From NCBI GenBank assembly GCA_040754455.1, contig JBFMCP010000005.1, positions 1-64,000 on the forward strand: DNA of 64,000 bases. Direction: 5' to 3'. This document shows, one piece after another, positions 19,503 to 29,951 of this stretch (position 1 is its first letter; each line of letters opens with the position of its first letter). Below the pieces are notes generated by a model that had not been told where the DNA came from, did not search any database, and saw only the letters and a program-made list of their open reading frames with translations. The translations under genes were made by a program, and so were the position numbers. The stretch is from Nitrospirota bacterium. Lineage in GTDB: Bacteria; Nitrospirota; Thermodesulfovibrionia; Thermodesulfovibrionales; Dissulfurispiraceae.

Positions 19503-20576
19503 TTATTTCATCAATTTCGCCGCCTCCTCAAAGAGGCCGCTCAATTTTTTTGTGTCCTGATAGAGCTTGTTGAGCACATCAGATAATTCCTTGTTGCCTG
19601 CATGGAGCATCTTGTCAGCCCAGTCTTTGTAGGTCTGTGCATGCTCATCATTATGCTCATGCCAATGGTGGAGCAGGTGTTTTAATTTTGCGAGATCGTT
19701 CATTGGGGTTGCCTCCTGTGGGTCATTATGATTATGTGAATGTTCTTCATGCTCGTGCTTATGGACCATGTAATGGGAATGGAGATGCTTGTGCACCATT
19801 TCCCCGTGATAATGGACATGCTCGTGGATCAGGTTCACCTTGAGTAGCAGCGCATTATCCCTCAGGATGTCCTCTGCGCTGCCAATATTCTCGACACGAT
19901 GCTCTTCGGAGAGCACCGCAACACGGGCATGCAGCTCGTCGACCAGCGAAAGATCGTGGGTAGCGATGACAATGGTCTTGCCTGCCTCATTCAGGGCGAC
20001 AAGGAGCTCCATGAGAAAGCACTGCGTCCGCGGGTCAAGACCGTTCGTCGGCTCATCAAGGAGCAGCACCTCGGGGTTCATGGTGAGGACGGAGCCGAGG
20101 GCGACGCGCTTCTTCTCGCCGCCTGAGAGCATATAGGACGGCCTGTCCTTGAGGTCCTCCATGTTGAGCAACTTCATCACCCCTAATGCCCTATCGAGCG
20201 CTTCGTTTTCGTTCATATCCAGCTGCAGCGGTCCGTATAGCAGCTCATCGAGTACCGTAGGACAGAAGAGCTGGATATCGGAGTCCTGAAACACATACCC
20301 TACCCGCCCGCGGAAAAACTTGAGGAACTCTTTATTGCGCAAGGCCGCCTCAGACACCTCATGTCCCCTGAAAAAGACCCGCCCCTCTGCCGGATGAATG
20401 AGGCCGCTCATAATCTGCAGCAGGGTCGATTTTCCGCTCCCGTTCGACCCTATGACGGCAAATCGCTCTCCCTCCTGCACCGTGAGGCTGATCCCTGCGA
20501 GGGCAGATATCCGGTCGTAATACCGGTAGCTTACGTTTTCCACTTTTATGATATCGTTCATCGGCTGGTTCACCAT
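19503..20576 (-). CDS. cbiO: ECF Ni/Co transporter ATPase with His-rich linker and extra C-terminal domain
   Basis: GSNGSGKST, LSGGEKKR, LLLDEPT. Confidence 0.92.
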   Translation of the reverse strand: MVNQPMNDIIKVENVSYRYYDRISALAGISLTVQEGERFAVIGSNGSGKSTLLQIMSGLIHPAEGRVFFRGHEVSEAALRNKEFLKFFRGRVGYVFQDSDIQLFCPTVLDELLYGPLQLDMNENEALDRALGVMKLLNMEDLKDRPSYMLSGGEKKRVALGSVLTMNPEVLLLDEPTNGLDPRTQCFLMELLVALNEAGKTIVIATHDLSLVDELHARVAVLSEEHRVENIGSAEDILRDNALLLKVNLIHEHVHYHGEMVHKHLHSHYMVHKHEHEEHSHNHNDPQEATPMNDLAKLKHLLHHWHEHNDEHAQTYKDWADKMLHAGNKELSDVLNKLYQDTKKLSGLFEEAAKLMK

Positions 20577-21523
20577 AGCAGAAATGCACATCCTGTAAGG
20601 GCAAAAAAGATGCCGGTGAGCTGGTCGCCGGGCGTGAGTTTTTTGATACCATATAATTTTACTGTATCGGAAAAGCCCCGTGCCTGCATCGCTTTAAAGA
20701 CCTCCTCACAGCGCAGCTGTGTCTTTCTGAAGATAAAGGCCATCCTGCCCGCAACCCAGTCCCTCACCTCTGCACCGCTGATCGCTCCGGTAAGTCTGCC
20801 TTTTTTCGCGAGGTGCATCTCCTCAACGGTCTTCGCAAAAAGAAAAATATACTTGTAAGAGAGCGCAAGCATCATCAGAATAACATCGGGAATCCTCAGG
20901 ACCTTCAGTGCCTTGACGATCTCCGGGAACGAGGTGGTACTGAGCACGAGAAAGGAGAGGGAGACGGAATTGACGACACGGAGCGTCAGCATCGCCACAG
21001 CAAAGAGTCCCTCTTTCGTCAGGCCTATCTCTTGCGGAACATGATAGATCCAGAAATCAACAGGTCGTGAGAGACGTATGAGGGGGATAACTACCTCTCC
21101 TTTCGTGATGACATTGAGCGAGGAAGGCAGCGCAATCAGGAAACCGAACAGAAAGCCGAGGAGCAAAACCCTCCTGTAAAAGTGAACGAGAGGGATGCGC
21201 GAAGCGAGCACAAGAAAAAACACAAAGCATCCTATGCCGACCTCGGCATGAAGCTCCTTTTTAAGGCTTACGATAACGATAAAGAATAGAAGAAAGAGTA
21301 CTTTTATCCTGGCATCGAGTCGCTGCAGGAGCCCATCTCTCGCGGCGAGCTCCCATTGTGCATAGCCGGTACTTATAACGCCGGCAACCTGCTGCAGCCC
21401 CTTGTCGATAAATGTATTTTTCAATACCCTCATTCCGCCCTTTCGTCCTTTACCGGACGATGATGGAGAGAGGTCGCTTGCCGTAGGTTTCTGCAATAAA
21501 AAAGAAGGAATGTTATCGCCCAT
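20570..21523 (-). CDS. cbiQ: ECF transporter T component (CbiQ/NikQ)
   Basis: LDARIK, YKYIFL, AMQARGF. Confidence 0.92.
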   Translation of the reverse strand: MGDNIPSFLLQKPTASDLSPSSSGKGRKGGMRVLKNTFIDKGLQQVAGVISTGYAQWELAARDGLLQRLDARIKVLFLLFFIVIVSLKKELHAEVGIGCFVFFLVLASRIPLVHFYRRVLLLGFLFGFLIALPSSLNVITKGEVVIPLIRLSRPVDFWIYHVPQEIGLTKEGLFAVAMLTLRVVNSVSLSFLVLSTTSFPEIVKALKVLRIPDVILMMLALSYKYIFLFAKTVEEMHLAKKGRLTGAISGAEVRDWVAGRMAFIFRKTQLRCEEVFKAMQARGFSDTVKLYGIKKLTPGDQLTGIFFALTGCAFLLW

Positions 21524-21848
21524 GCCGCGCCAGAAATTTCGAGATGAAATAAATTATCAGGCCCAGGAGCACGATGCCAATGAGCCCTGAAATGATATAT
21601 GAGACGATCTGCATCAAAAGCGAAGCGCTCTCACCGCCGAGACTATAATCGGAGAGGGGAGCTTTCCAAATATCCGCATATTTCTTTAATCCTCCGGGAA
21701 CATAGCCCAGGAGCTTTTCCAATGTATCGGTCCCCCACTCGCCCCAGGCATCGCCGGCATTGAATATCCGGGGGAGGATAATGCCGAGCGGCGTGAAGAG
21801 CGCCATAATAATAAGACCGATCCATAACTTTTTCTGGAATCCTTTCAT
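21513..21848 (-). CDS. PDGLE-domain (NikN/CbiN-like) component
   Basis: Two TMs, AWGEWG, APLSDY. Confidence 0.85.
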   Translation of the reverse strand: MKGFQKKLWIGLIIMALFTPLGIILPRIFNAGDAWGEWGTDTLEKLLGYVPGGLKKYADIWKAPLSDYSLGGESASLLMQIVSYIISGLIGIVLLGLIIYFISKFLARHGR

Positions 21849-22531
21849 GTCTCCCCACCCTTGAGCGCATATACCAGCGAGCGATCATGTTTGAGAAAAT
21901 ACTTCAAGAGCAACACGGTCACCGCTCCTTCAACAACGCCGAAGAGCAGGAGGTGCTCCAGCGCCATTGCCGGGACCGCGATGGAGAGAGGGTACGGCGC
22001 ATAAAGCGGCCTGCCGTCAGGCCCCTGCGCGATCATCGTCTGGATACCGAATTCTATTGCAGTGATAAGGGCGGATGTCGAAAGCCCGATATACCCCGAG
22101 AGAAAAGCTGCTAGAGAGAGTCTCCGGCCGGTTGCAGCATGTCCTCCGATCAGTTTAAAAGCGCCATAGGCTGCGAAGGGCATCACCACCGCCATGTTGA
22201 AGCAATTCGCTCCGATAGCGGTAATGCCGCCATCGCCGAACACAAGCGCTTGGATAACGAGAACCAGCGAGACCGCTATGACTGCGGTCCATGGCCCTAA
22301 AAGTATCGCAATAATTCCCGCGCCGACAGCATGGCCGGTCGTTCCTCCCGGGATGGGAATGTTGAACATCTGGATGAGGAACGAGAAGGCCGCAGCCATG
22401 GCGAGATAGGGAACATGTTTGGTCGAGAGCTCTCGTTTGAGCTTCTTAAGAGCAATTCCCCAGAATACGAAGGATGCGCCGTAGAACGGCACATAGGTCT
22501 GTGGGCTCAGATAACCATCGGGTATATGCAT
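21845..22531 (-). CDS. cbiM: ECF Ni/Co S component (CbiM/NikM)
   Basis: N-terminal MHIPDG, GTTGH, QALVFGDGG. Confidence 0.95.
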   Translation of the reverse strand: MHIPDGYLSPQTYVPFYGASFVFWGIALKKLKRELSTKHVPYLAMAAAFSFLIQMFNIPIPGGTTGHAVGAGIIAILLGPWTAVIAVSLVLVIQALVFGDGGITAIGANCFNMAVVMPFAAYGAFKLIGGHAATGRRLSLAAFLSGYIGLSTSALITAIEFGIQTMIAQGPDGRPLYAPYPLSIAVPAMALEHLLLFGVVEGAVTVLLLKYFLKHDRSLVYALKGGET

Positions 22532-22544
22532 ATTCCTTCCTTTT

Positions 22545-22638
22545 AAAAAACATAAAGGCCACGAATGTTATTGAACCTTCTGGTTCATGCCTTCGTGGCC
22601 TTGTCCTTTACAATACCAGAGCGACGCTGCTTTGTCAA
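22545..22638 (-). promoter_or_regulatory. Sigma70 promoter and terminator-like 5' leader of the cbiM operon
   Basis: TTGACA(22638-33)-N17-TATTGT; 11-bp stem 22555-65/22592-602 then TATGTTTTTT. Confidence 0.7.
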
Positions 22639-22653
22639 CTCGGTGATTGACAG

Positions 22654-24479
22654 CCTGATCCACCATCAAGAGAAATAAAAAACCTCGTTGTTCCCGAGAT
22701 AACGGGATGTTAGAATATTTCGGGCAAGAAAAAACTAACACCAACGAGGTGAAGATATTATGGCACAAAGAGTACTTCCGTATGAATATGAGATTGAGGA
22801 GAGCAAGACTGGGCTGACTGTTTTTGGGGGACTGCCGACTTATCTGGAGCTGGCGTCGGCTATAGGGTTTTTTAAATCGATAGATCGGCATTTAAGAATA
22901 CGGTGTGGAGATCAGGGCTGGAGCGACCGGCAGATGATTTTAGCGTTGGTGTTATTGAATCTTGTGGGCGGCGACTGTGTAGAGGACATAGATAAGCTGG
23001 AGTCGGATGAAGGGTTTTGCCGGATAATGAGGAAAGTGGAGATGCATGGACTGCGCGCAAGGGGAAGCGGGCGCTCAGGAGGCGCTGGCGGAAAGAGCGG
23101 ACACGGACATTTCCGTCGTGTTCTGCGATATTTCGGTATTTGGCGAACTTTCATAATGCGGAAGCTGAGAAGCCAAGGGTAAAGGGCAAGGCGTTTATTC
23201 CGGCCCCCAATGAGCATTTGAAGGCATTTGGGAAGATCAACGCCGAGATGATCAGCGTTGGGGATAAGGAAGAGACGGCGACATTGGATATGGATGCAAC
23301 GATAGCGGCTACGCTGAAAGAGAATGCCTTATACAGTTACAAGGGAGAGAAGGCATATCAGCCATTGAATACGTACTGGCATGAGAGGGGGCTGATATTA
23401 CATGCGGAGTTTCGGGATGGCAATGTGCCTGCAGGGCATGAGCAGCTCTGCGGGTGTTGCAGGAGGCTCTTGGATATCTTCCTTTGTGGGTAAAGAAGGT
23501 GCGGCTGCGTTCGGACACGGCGGGATATCAGCATGACCTTATGCGGAGGTGTGACCTTAAGGATAATAAGCGTTTTGGAAAGGTAGAGTTTGCGATAGGG
23601 GCTGATGTGACATCTGAGTTTCGCAAGGCTGTATCGGAAGTGGCGGAGGAGGACTGGCGACCTCTTTATCGTGAGGTCAAGGGGGAAATGAAGGAGACGG
23701 GGCGACAGTGAGCTGAGGTATGTTTTGTTCCTAACAAGATTGGGCACAGTAAGAGAGGGCCTGCGTACCGGTATCTTGCGACACGTGAGGAGCTGAAGCA
23801 GGTGGAGTTGCCTGGAGTGGAGAAGAGCGATGAAGAATATCTTTTCCCTGTAATGCACTTGAAGGGTCAGCGGTACAAGGTGTTCGGGATTGTGACGAAT
23901 ATGGAGTGGGCCGGGCAGGAACTTATTTCCTGGCTTTATGAAAGATGCGGCAAAAGTGAAGAAGCGCATGCTGCGATGAAGACCGACTTTGCGGGAGGCA
24001 GGTTTCCCTCAGGCGATTTTGGAGAGAACGCAGCCTGGTGGTGGATTATGGTGCTTGCGTACAACCTCAACTCTCTCATGAAGAGACTGGTACTAAAGGA
24101 TTCGTGGATAAACAAGCGGATGAAAGCGATACGTTTCGGGATCATTAACATAGCTGCAAGGGTTACGGAGCACTCGCGGCGGTTATGGGTAAGAATATCG
24201 GGGAGCCATCCTCAAGCGGATTGTTGATTGATATGCGGCGCAGGATCGCTCAGCTGGCGGCAAGCGGATGAGCAGATAAGGAGGAAAAGACAGACCTGAA
24301 AACTTCATAGCTTAGGGATGACGGACAGGTGCGCTTAGATTCGACATTTTCGAGACACATCCACGGCTGCCGAGACGGTTTCAGTCAATTCCTGATGCTC
24401 TCTAAGCCGAAACTAAGGCCGTGACCGCCACCAAATCCCCACTCTTTCGGCATGTCTCGGTTTTGATGGTGGATTCTGG
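22654..24479 (+). mobile_element. IS1380-family insertion sequence, decayed
   Basis: Terminal IRs CCTGATCCACCATCAA / TTGATGGTGGATTCTGG; DDE transposase remnants; no target duplication seen. Confidence 0.85.
22760..24271 (+). pseudogene. IS1380 transposase pseudogene
   Basis: TLDMDAT, FRDGNVPA, RSDTAGY, RCGKSEE motifs split over frames; frameshifts near 23060, 23447, 24221; TGA at 23709. Confidence 0.88.
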
Positions 24480-24530
24480 TTGTTCCCGACCGTTTGACCT
24501 CGAGTACCCACACATTTTATTATATCTGCT

Positions 24531-25742
24531 ATGCTTGCACCCGAGAAACAGCTGGAAATCATAAAGAGAGGCACCGTCGAGATCATCCTTGAAAAGGAAC
24601 TTCTCAAAAAGATCGAGAAGTCCTTTAAGGAGAATAAGCCCCTGCGGATCAAAGCGGGCTTTGATCCCACTGCCCCCGATATCCATCTCGGCCATACCGT
24701 GCTCCTCGAGAAGATGCGCCAGTTCCAGGAGCTGGGGCACAAGATCGTCTTTCTCATCGGCGATTTTACCGGCATGATCGGCGATCCGACCGGCAAATCC
24801 GAGACAAGAAAACCGCTCACCAGGGAGGACGTATTAAGAAATGCCGAGACCTACAAAGAGCAGGTCTACAAGATCCTCGATCCTGAAAAGACCGAGATTA
24901 GGTTCAACAGCGAGTGGCTCATGAAGCTCACCCCGATGGATATCGTCCGGCTCCTCGCAAAGCAGACCGTAGCGCGGATGCTCGAGCGGGAAGACTTCAA
25001 ACAGCGCTTTACCGGCCAGAGCCCCATCGGCATCCATGAATTCATGTACCCCCTGCTGCAGGGCTACGATTCAGTGGCACTCGAAGCAGATGTGGAGCTC
25101 GGCGGCACTGATCAGCGGTTCAATCTCCTGATGGGCAGGGAGCTGCAGCAGGAATACGGCCAGACGCCGCAGGCGCTCGTGATCATGCCCCTTCTCGAAG
25201 GCCTGGATGGTATAAAGAAGATGTCGAAGAGCCTCGGCAACTATGTGGGCATTTTCGATCCACCGAAGGAGATGTTCGGCAAGCTCATGTCCATCAGCGA
25301 CGAGCTGATGATCAAATATTATGAACTCCTCAGCCACATAAGCATCGACGAGCTCAACGCTTTGAAAGAGGGGCTGAAATCAGGCGCTGTTCATCCGAAG
25401 AAAGCAAAAGAAGCCCTCGCCCTCGAAATCGTCGAGCGGTACTGGGGAAAAGAGGCCGCAGCTCACGCAAAAGAGGAATTCGAGAAGGTATTCAGGGACA
25501 AAGGTATTCCTGAAGATATCCCCGAATATCTATTCCCACCCGACGTAGATGAGCTATGGCTGCCCCAGATCATGAAAGAAGCACGGTTGGCGGCAAGCAC
25601 CAGCCAGGCGATCGCCCTTATCAGACAGGGTGCTGTCAGCGTCGATGAACAGAAGGTGACCGACCCCAACAAAAAGCTCTCCAGAGGAAATTACCTGATC
25701 AAGGCGGGTAAGCGGAAATTCCTCAAAGTAGTTCCTACCTAG
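24531..25742 (+). CDS. tyrS: Tyrosine--tRNA ligase
   Basis: [19 protein letters not shown]4 domain. Confidence 0.98.
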   Translation: MLAPEKQLEIIKRGTVEIILEKELLKKIEKSFKENKPLRIKAGFDPTAPDIHLGHTVLLEKMRQFQELGHKIVFLIGDFTGMIGDPTGKSETRKPLTREDVLRNAETYKEQVYKILDPEKTEIRFNSEWLMKLTPMDIVRLLAKQTVARMLEREDFKQRFTGQSPIGIHEFMYPLLQGYDSVALEADVELGGTDQRFNLLMGRELQQEYGQTPQALVIMPLLEGLDGIKKMSKSLGNYVGIFDPPKEMFGKLMSISDELMIKYYELLSHISIDELNALKEGLKSGAVHPKKAKEALALEIVERYWGKEAAAHAKEEFEKVFRDKGIPEDIPEYLFPPDVDELWLPQIMKEARLAASTSQAIALIRQGAVSVDEQKVTDPNKKLSRGNYLIKAGKRKFLKVVPT

Positions 25743-25771
25743 CGTCATTCGAACTGCGTCCCTGTAAAGCG

Positions 25772-25905
25772 GTTGTATCCGGCGGAAGGTACTTAAGCGC
25801 TTTGGCCGATTACTTAGATGACGATATATGCTCTATTTGAGGGTCAATAATGAGTAACTATTGTATCTGGGGTTGCGCATTTAAGACCTTTGAGCCGGAT
25901 ACAAC
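25772..25905. repeat. 134-bp element with ~30-bp imperfect inverted ends
   Basis: GTTGTATCCGGC / GCCGGATACAAC perfect 12 bp, extended by AAGGT-CTTAA-GCGC. Confidence 0.7.
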
Positions 25906-25956
25906 GACGGTGTTCCCCCACGTAGATTAGATATAACTGCCTTACTGTTTGAGTTG

Positions 25957-27150
25957 TTACGTCCTGTATTCCGCGTTGATCTTCACATAACCCTCGGTAA
26001 GATCACAGGTAAGCACTTTCGCACTGCCTTTTCCGAGATGGAGATCGATGGTAATTTTAATCTCTTTGCTCTTCAGCCGCTCATTGGCCTCCGTGTCCTT
26101 GCCTGTCGGCCGGCCCTTGCTGGCTATCTTAACGCCGTTCAGTGAGCAATCCACCTTTTCCTCTTTGATCGAAATTCCAGAGTATCCGAGTGCGGCAATC
26201 AGTCTCCCCCAGTTCGCATCATTGCCGTAGAGAGCGGTCTTCACCAGCATAGAGTTCGCAATGGCAAAGGCGCCTTTTTCTGCCTCCTTTTCGCTCTTGG
26301 CGTTCTTTACCTCTACCTCGACGAACTTCGTCGCGCCCTCGCCGTCCAGAACGATCAGCCTGCTCAGCTCGTAGCAGATCGTCGAAAGCGCAGCCGAGAA
26401 GGCAGTAAACGACGGTGAGCTCTTTTTAATGACCGCATTCCCCGCCGTACCGTTCGCCATGATCAGCACCGTATCATTGGTCGACATATCGCCGTCGATA
26501 GTGATTCTGTTGAATGACTTCTGTACGGCGCCGTGCAGCGCCGGATCGAGAGCCGTTTTGTCGATGGCGGCATCGGTCATGATAAAGCAGAGCATCGTCG
26601 CCATGTTGGGACAGATCATCCCTGCTCCCTTGCAGATACCTGCCAGGGTAACCATCTTATTGTCGATCTTTATCCTCTTGCTGACGATCTTCGGAAAGGT
26701 ATCGGTCGTCATGATCGCGGCAGCGGCATCATTTATCGTTGCCGTGCCGAGGTTGTTGGCAAGCTCGATAATTTTAGGCCTGATTCTCTCCATCGGCATC
26801 GGCGTGCCGATAACGCCGGTAGAACAGACATACACACTGCTCGCTTTCAGGTTCAATCCGAAGGCGGTCAGTTCCGTCATCTCAACAGCGTCTTTCATCC
26901 CCTGCGCACCGGTGCAGGCATTGGCATTGCCGCTGTTGACGATAATCGCCTGCCCTTTGCCGGATTTGATCCGCTTCATATCGAGCTTTACCGGCGCTGC
27001 CTTGATGCTGTTGGTGGTGAACATGCCCGCAATGGCCGCCTCCTCCAAGGAATAGATCAGGGCGAGGTCTTTTCTGCCGGGCCGTTTGATTGCCGCTTCG
27101 ACCGTCGAAAAAAGGAATCCTTTTGGAATGCTTGTCTTTGTAGTTTTCAT
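25957..27150 (-). CDS. argJ: Ornithine acetyltransferase / N-acetylglutamate synthase
   Basis: NSGNANACTG, KGAGMICPNMATML, DGEGATK. Confidence 0.98.
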   Translation of the reverse strand: MKTTKTSIPKGFLFSTVEAAIKRPGRKDLALIYSLEEAAIAGMFTTNSIKAAPVKLDMKRIKSGKGQAIIVNSGNANACTGAQGMKDAVEMTELTAFGLNLKASSVYVCSTGVIGTPMPMERIRPKIIELANNLGTATINDAAAAIMTTDTFPKIVSKRIKIDNKMVTLAGICKGAGMICPNMATMLCFIMTDAAIDKTALDPALHGAVQKSFNRITIDGDMSTNDTVLIMANGTAGNAVIKKSSPSFTAFSAALSTICYELSRLIVLDGEGATKFVEVEVKNAKSEKEAEKGAFAIANSMLVKTALYGNDANWGRLIAALGYSGISIKEEKVDCSLNGVKIASKGRPTGKDTEANERLKSKEIKITIDLHLGKGSAKVLTCDLTEGYVKINAEYRT

Positions 27151-27192
27151 CTACTTAGAATAATTTCGTTCTGGTAATTTTGCAACAACTTT

Positions 27193-27690
27193 TTACAAAT
27201 TGACGATCTGAGGTGTCAACTCTCTCCCCTTCACCTTCAGCAGCGCCACGGTAACCGGCAACTTGAATCTCCGCGGCCCTGCGCTGCCGGGATTCAGGTA
27301 AAGCACACCGTTTTTACTCTCTATCGAAGGCATGTGTGAATGGCCATAGATGACAGCGCTGAAGCCCGAGGCAGCGGGATCCAGGTCGAGCTCGTGGATG
27401 TTATGGAGCACATAAAGGGAGAGGTCCCCGATCTCGGCCACTTCGGTTTCGAGAAGCTTGCGTGCCCAGTAATCCTGGTCGGTATTCCCCCGCACTGCAA
27501 CAACAGGTGCAATGTTTTGTAGTGCCTCCAGCACTTCAGGAGCCCCCACATCTCCGGCATGGACGATTAGTGAGACACCATGGAGAGCCCTGATTGCCTC
27601 TGGGCGCATGAGACCGTGGGTGTCTGAGATGACACCGATGAGACAATCTCTATTATCATCTTGAATATTACTAGTCAGCTGATACTTCAG
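27193..27690 (-). CDS. YfcE/MJ0936-family metallophosphoesterase (start uncertain)
   Basis: ISDTHG (upstream of first ATG), HAGDVG, RGNTD, GHSH, NPGS. Confidence 0.8.
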   Translation of the reverse strand: MKYQLTSNIQDDNRDCLIGVISDTHGLMRPEAIRALHGVSLIVHAGDVGAPEVLEALQNIAPVVAVRGNTDQDYWARKLLETEVAEIGDLSLYVLHNIHELDLDPAASGFSAVIYGHSHMPSIESKNGVLYLNPGSAGPRRFKLPVTVALLKVKGRELTPQIVNL

Positions 27691-27744
27691 GGTATTGCGT
27701 GAATGTTTTTCACCACACCTACCCTGCTCTCCGGTCGAGTTTAA

Positions 27745-28785
27745 CTACGGGAACAGCGCCAGTGATTCAAGAGCAGTGGTCTCCTTGAAGCCCAGCACGA
27801 GATTCATGTTCTGCACCGCCTGGCCTGACGCACCCTTTACCAGATTATCAATGGCAGAGATGACTATCAAAGTGTTCGTCCGCTTGTTCACCTTGAGCCC
27901 TATATCGCAGTAGTTGCTGCCGCGAACATTCTTCGCATTCGGGAACACGCCTTCATCAAGGACATTGACGAAAGGTTCTTTGTCATACATTTTCCTGTAC
28001 AGTGAAAGAATTTCCGCTGTATCACTATTTTTCACCAGCTTTGCGTACATGGTGGAGATGATCCCCCGGTCCATAGGCACCAGATGTGGAGTAAAGTTGA
28101 TCGTAATCCTTTTCCCTGCTATCCCTGAAAGCTCCTGCTCGATCTCGGGGGTATGGCGGTGTACAGCAATCCCGTAGGCCTTGAAGCCATCGTTCACTTC
28201 ACAATAAGAAAATGCCGTATCGGCCTTGCGGCCGGCGCCGGAAGTCCCCGACTTGGAATCGATGATGATGCTCCCACTGTCAATGAGACCCTCTCTAAGG
28301 GCAGGGGTGAGCCCCAGGATGGCGCTGGTGGGATAGCAGCCGGGGTTGGCGATCAGGCGGGCCTTCCTGATCCGCTCGCGGTGCAGCTCAGGCAAGCCGT
28401 AAACCGCCTCCTTGAGGGTATCCTTGTAATGGTGCGGTGTCTTGTACCACTCCTCGTAGACCGCCGCATCTCCGATACGGAAATCGGCGGAAAGGTCGAC
28501 CACCTTTTTCCCCTTCTTGAAGAAATAATCCACCGCTTCCTGTGACGCCGCATGGGGCAGGGCCATGAAAAAGAGGTCTGCCTTATCCAGGAGCTTCTCC
28601 TTGTCCATCGGCTCGTAGATAAGATGTGTGTAGCGGTGGAGATGCGGGAAAAGGTCGGTAACCTTCTTCCCCGCAGACTTCTCGGAAGTTACCGCTGTGA
28701 TTTCCACTCCGGGATGCAAAAGAAGAATTCTGAGGAGCTCAGCACCCGTATACCCACTGCCGCCGCAAATCGCTATTTTTACCAT
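27745..28785 (-). CDS. argC: N-acetyl-gamma-glutamyl-phosphate reductase
   Basis: [26 protein letters not shown]. Confidence 0.98.
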   Translation of the reverse strand: MVKIAICGGSGYTGAELLRILLLHPGVEITAVTSEKSAGKKVTDLFPHLHRYTHLIYEPMDKEKLLDKADLFFMALPHAASQEAVDYFFKKGKKVVDLSADFRIGDAAVYEEWYKTPHHYKDTLKEAVYGLPELHRERIRKARLIANPGCYPTSAILGLTPALREGLIDSGSIIIDSKSGTSGAGRKADTAFSYCEVNDGFKAYGIAVHRHTPEIEQELSGIAGKRITINFTPHLVPMDRGIISTMYAKLVKNSDTAEILSLYRKMYDKEPFVNVLDEGVFPNAKNVRGSNYCDIGLKVNKRTNTLIVISAIDNLVKGASGQAVQNMNLVLGFKETTALESLALFP

Positions 28786-28853
28786 GATCACACACCTTTT
28801 TTAATTAGTTTGCGATATTCAAAACCAAGAGTAGTTAACCGCATAATAACTTT

Positions 28854-28923
28854 AAATCAAAATGCAAAAAGCAAAATTAAAAAATGAGGAGTCCTTGCTT
28901 TTTAATTTTCTCTTTAATCTTTG
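28854..28923. repeat. Inverted A-rich heptamer hairpin (CAAAAAG family)
   Basis: TCAAAAT GCAAAAA GCAAAAT .. GAGGAGTCCTT .. TTTTAATTTTCTCTTTAATCTTTG. Confidence 0.65.
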
Positions 28924-28936
28924 CCCTCTAATAAAC

Positions 28937-28965
28937 ATAAGGCCCGTTCGGAGAACGAGCCTTAT
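28937..28965 (-). terminator. Probable terminator after rpsI
   Basis: ATAAGGCCCGTTC / GAACGAGCCTTAT. Confidence 0.6.
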
Positions 28966-28999
28966 ATTGTCGTCTATCTCTACAACCGGGATATCGAAG

Positions 29000-29392
29000 T
29001 TATCTCTTGGAGAACTGGAATCTTCTCCTCGCACCGGCAAGACCGTATTTCTTTCTCTCGACCTCTCTCGGGTCTCTGGTGAGGAGCCCTTCTTTCTTCA
29101 GCTTGGACTTCATCTCGGTATCGACATTGACCAGCGCCCTGGCGATGCCGTGCCTCAGCGCTCCAGCCTGGCCGCTCAACCCGCCACCGTTGACGTTGGC
29201 GATGACATCGTATTTGCCGACGGTGCCGGTCACGTTAAGGGGCTGCCTGATGATCATTCTCAGGGTTTCCCTGGGGAAGTAGGTGTCGAAATCCCTGTTG
29301 TTGATCGTAATCGTGCCTTTTCCCGGGATTAGTGTGACCCGTGCGATAGACCTCTTTCTCCTGCCTGTTGCGTAGTATTTGATTGCCGCCAT
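29000..29392 (-). CDS. rpsI: 30S ribosomal protein S9
   Basis: [20 protein letters not shown]. Confidence 0.99.
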   Translation of the reverse strand: MAAIKYYATGRRKRSIARVTLIPGKGTITINNRDFDTYFPRETLRMIIRQPLNVTGTVGKYDVIANVNGGGLSGQAGALRHGIARALVNVDTEMKSKLKKEGLLTRDPREVERKKYGLAGARRRFQFSKR

Positions 29393-29410
29393 CGTGCGTA
29401 CTCCTTGTCC

Positions 29411-29845
29411 TTATTTAGTAAGCGCTATAGTTTCCGGCTTCTGGGCAGCGTGGCCGTGCTCCGAGCCGCGATAGACCTTCAGCTTCTTTATCATCGCCCT
29501 GCCGAGCCTGTTTTTGGGGAGCATGCCCCATACCGCATCTTCGATCACTTTCTCAGGCTCGGAGTTCATCCTCTCCTTGAGGCTCTTTTCCTTCAGGTGT
29601 CCGATATACCCGCTGTGGCTGTAGTACATCTTGTCGGTGAGCTTGTTGCCCGTGACCTTAATCTTATCGGCATTGATCACCACCACGAAATCCCCTGTAT
29701 CTACATTGGGAGTGAATATCGGCTTATGCTTTCCGCGAAGGTAGGCGGCAATCCTGCATGCAAGTCTGCCCAGCACCTGGTCCTTTGCATCAACAAGATA
29801 CCACTTGTGCTCAATCTCGTCTTTCCTGGCGAATCTGGTCTTCAT
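29411..29845 (-). CDS. rplM: 50S ribosomal protein L13
   Basis: [21 protein letters not shown]. Confidence 0.99.
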   Translation of the reverse strand: MKTRFARKDEIEHKWYLVDAKDQVLGRLACRIAAYLRGKHKPIFTPNVDTGDFVVVINADKIKVTGNKLTDKMYYSHSGYIGHLKEKSLKERMNSEPEKVIEDAVWGMLPKNRLGRAMIKKLKVYRGSEHGHAAQKPETIALTK

Positions 29846-29951
29846 CTAAGCACCTTCCTTACAAAATTGGATAAAACCAAATGAATTAATAAAATACTAG
29901 AAATTATATAGATTTGTCAATACTTAACCCTGCCTGATATAATAGTGTAGC

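Noticed and set aside
22545..22660. Cobalamin riboswitch upstream of cbiM
   Set aside because: No B12-box consensus, and the predicted leader is only about 70 nt
23709..23711. In-frame TGA in the transposase as possible recoding
   Set aside because: Context RQ*AEV suggests a TGG to TGA mutation, and the gene has several other lesions
25772..25905. Integron attC site
   Set aside because: Ends are GTT..AAC, the opposite of the RYYYAAC..GTTRRRY arrangement; no integrase
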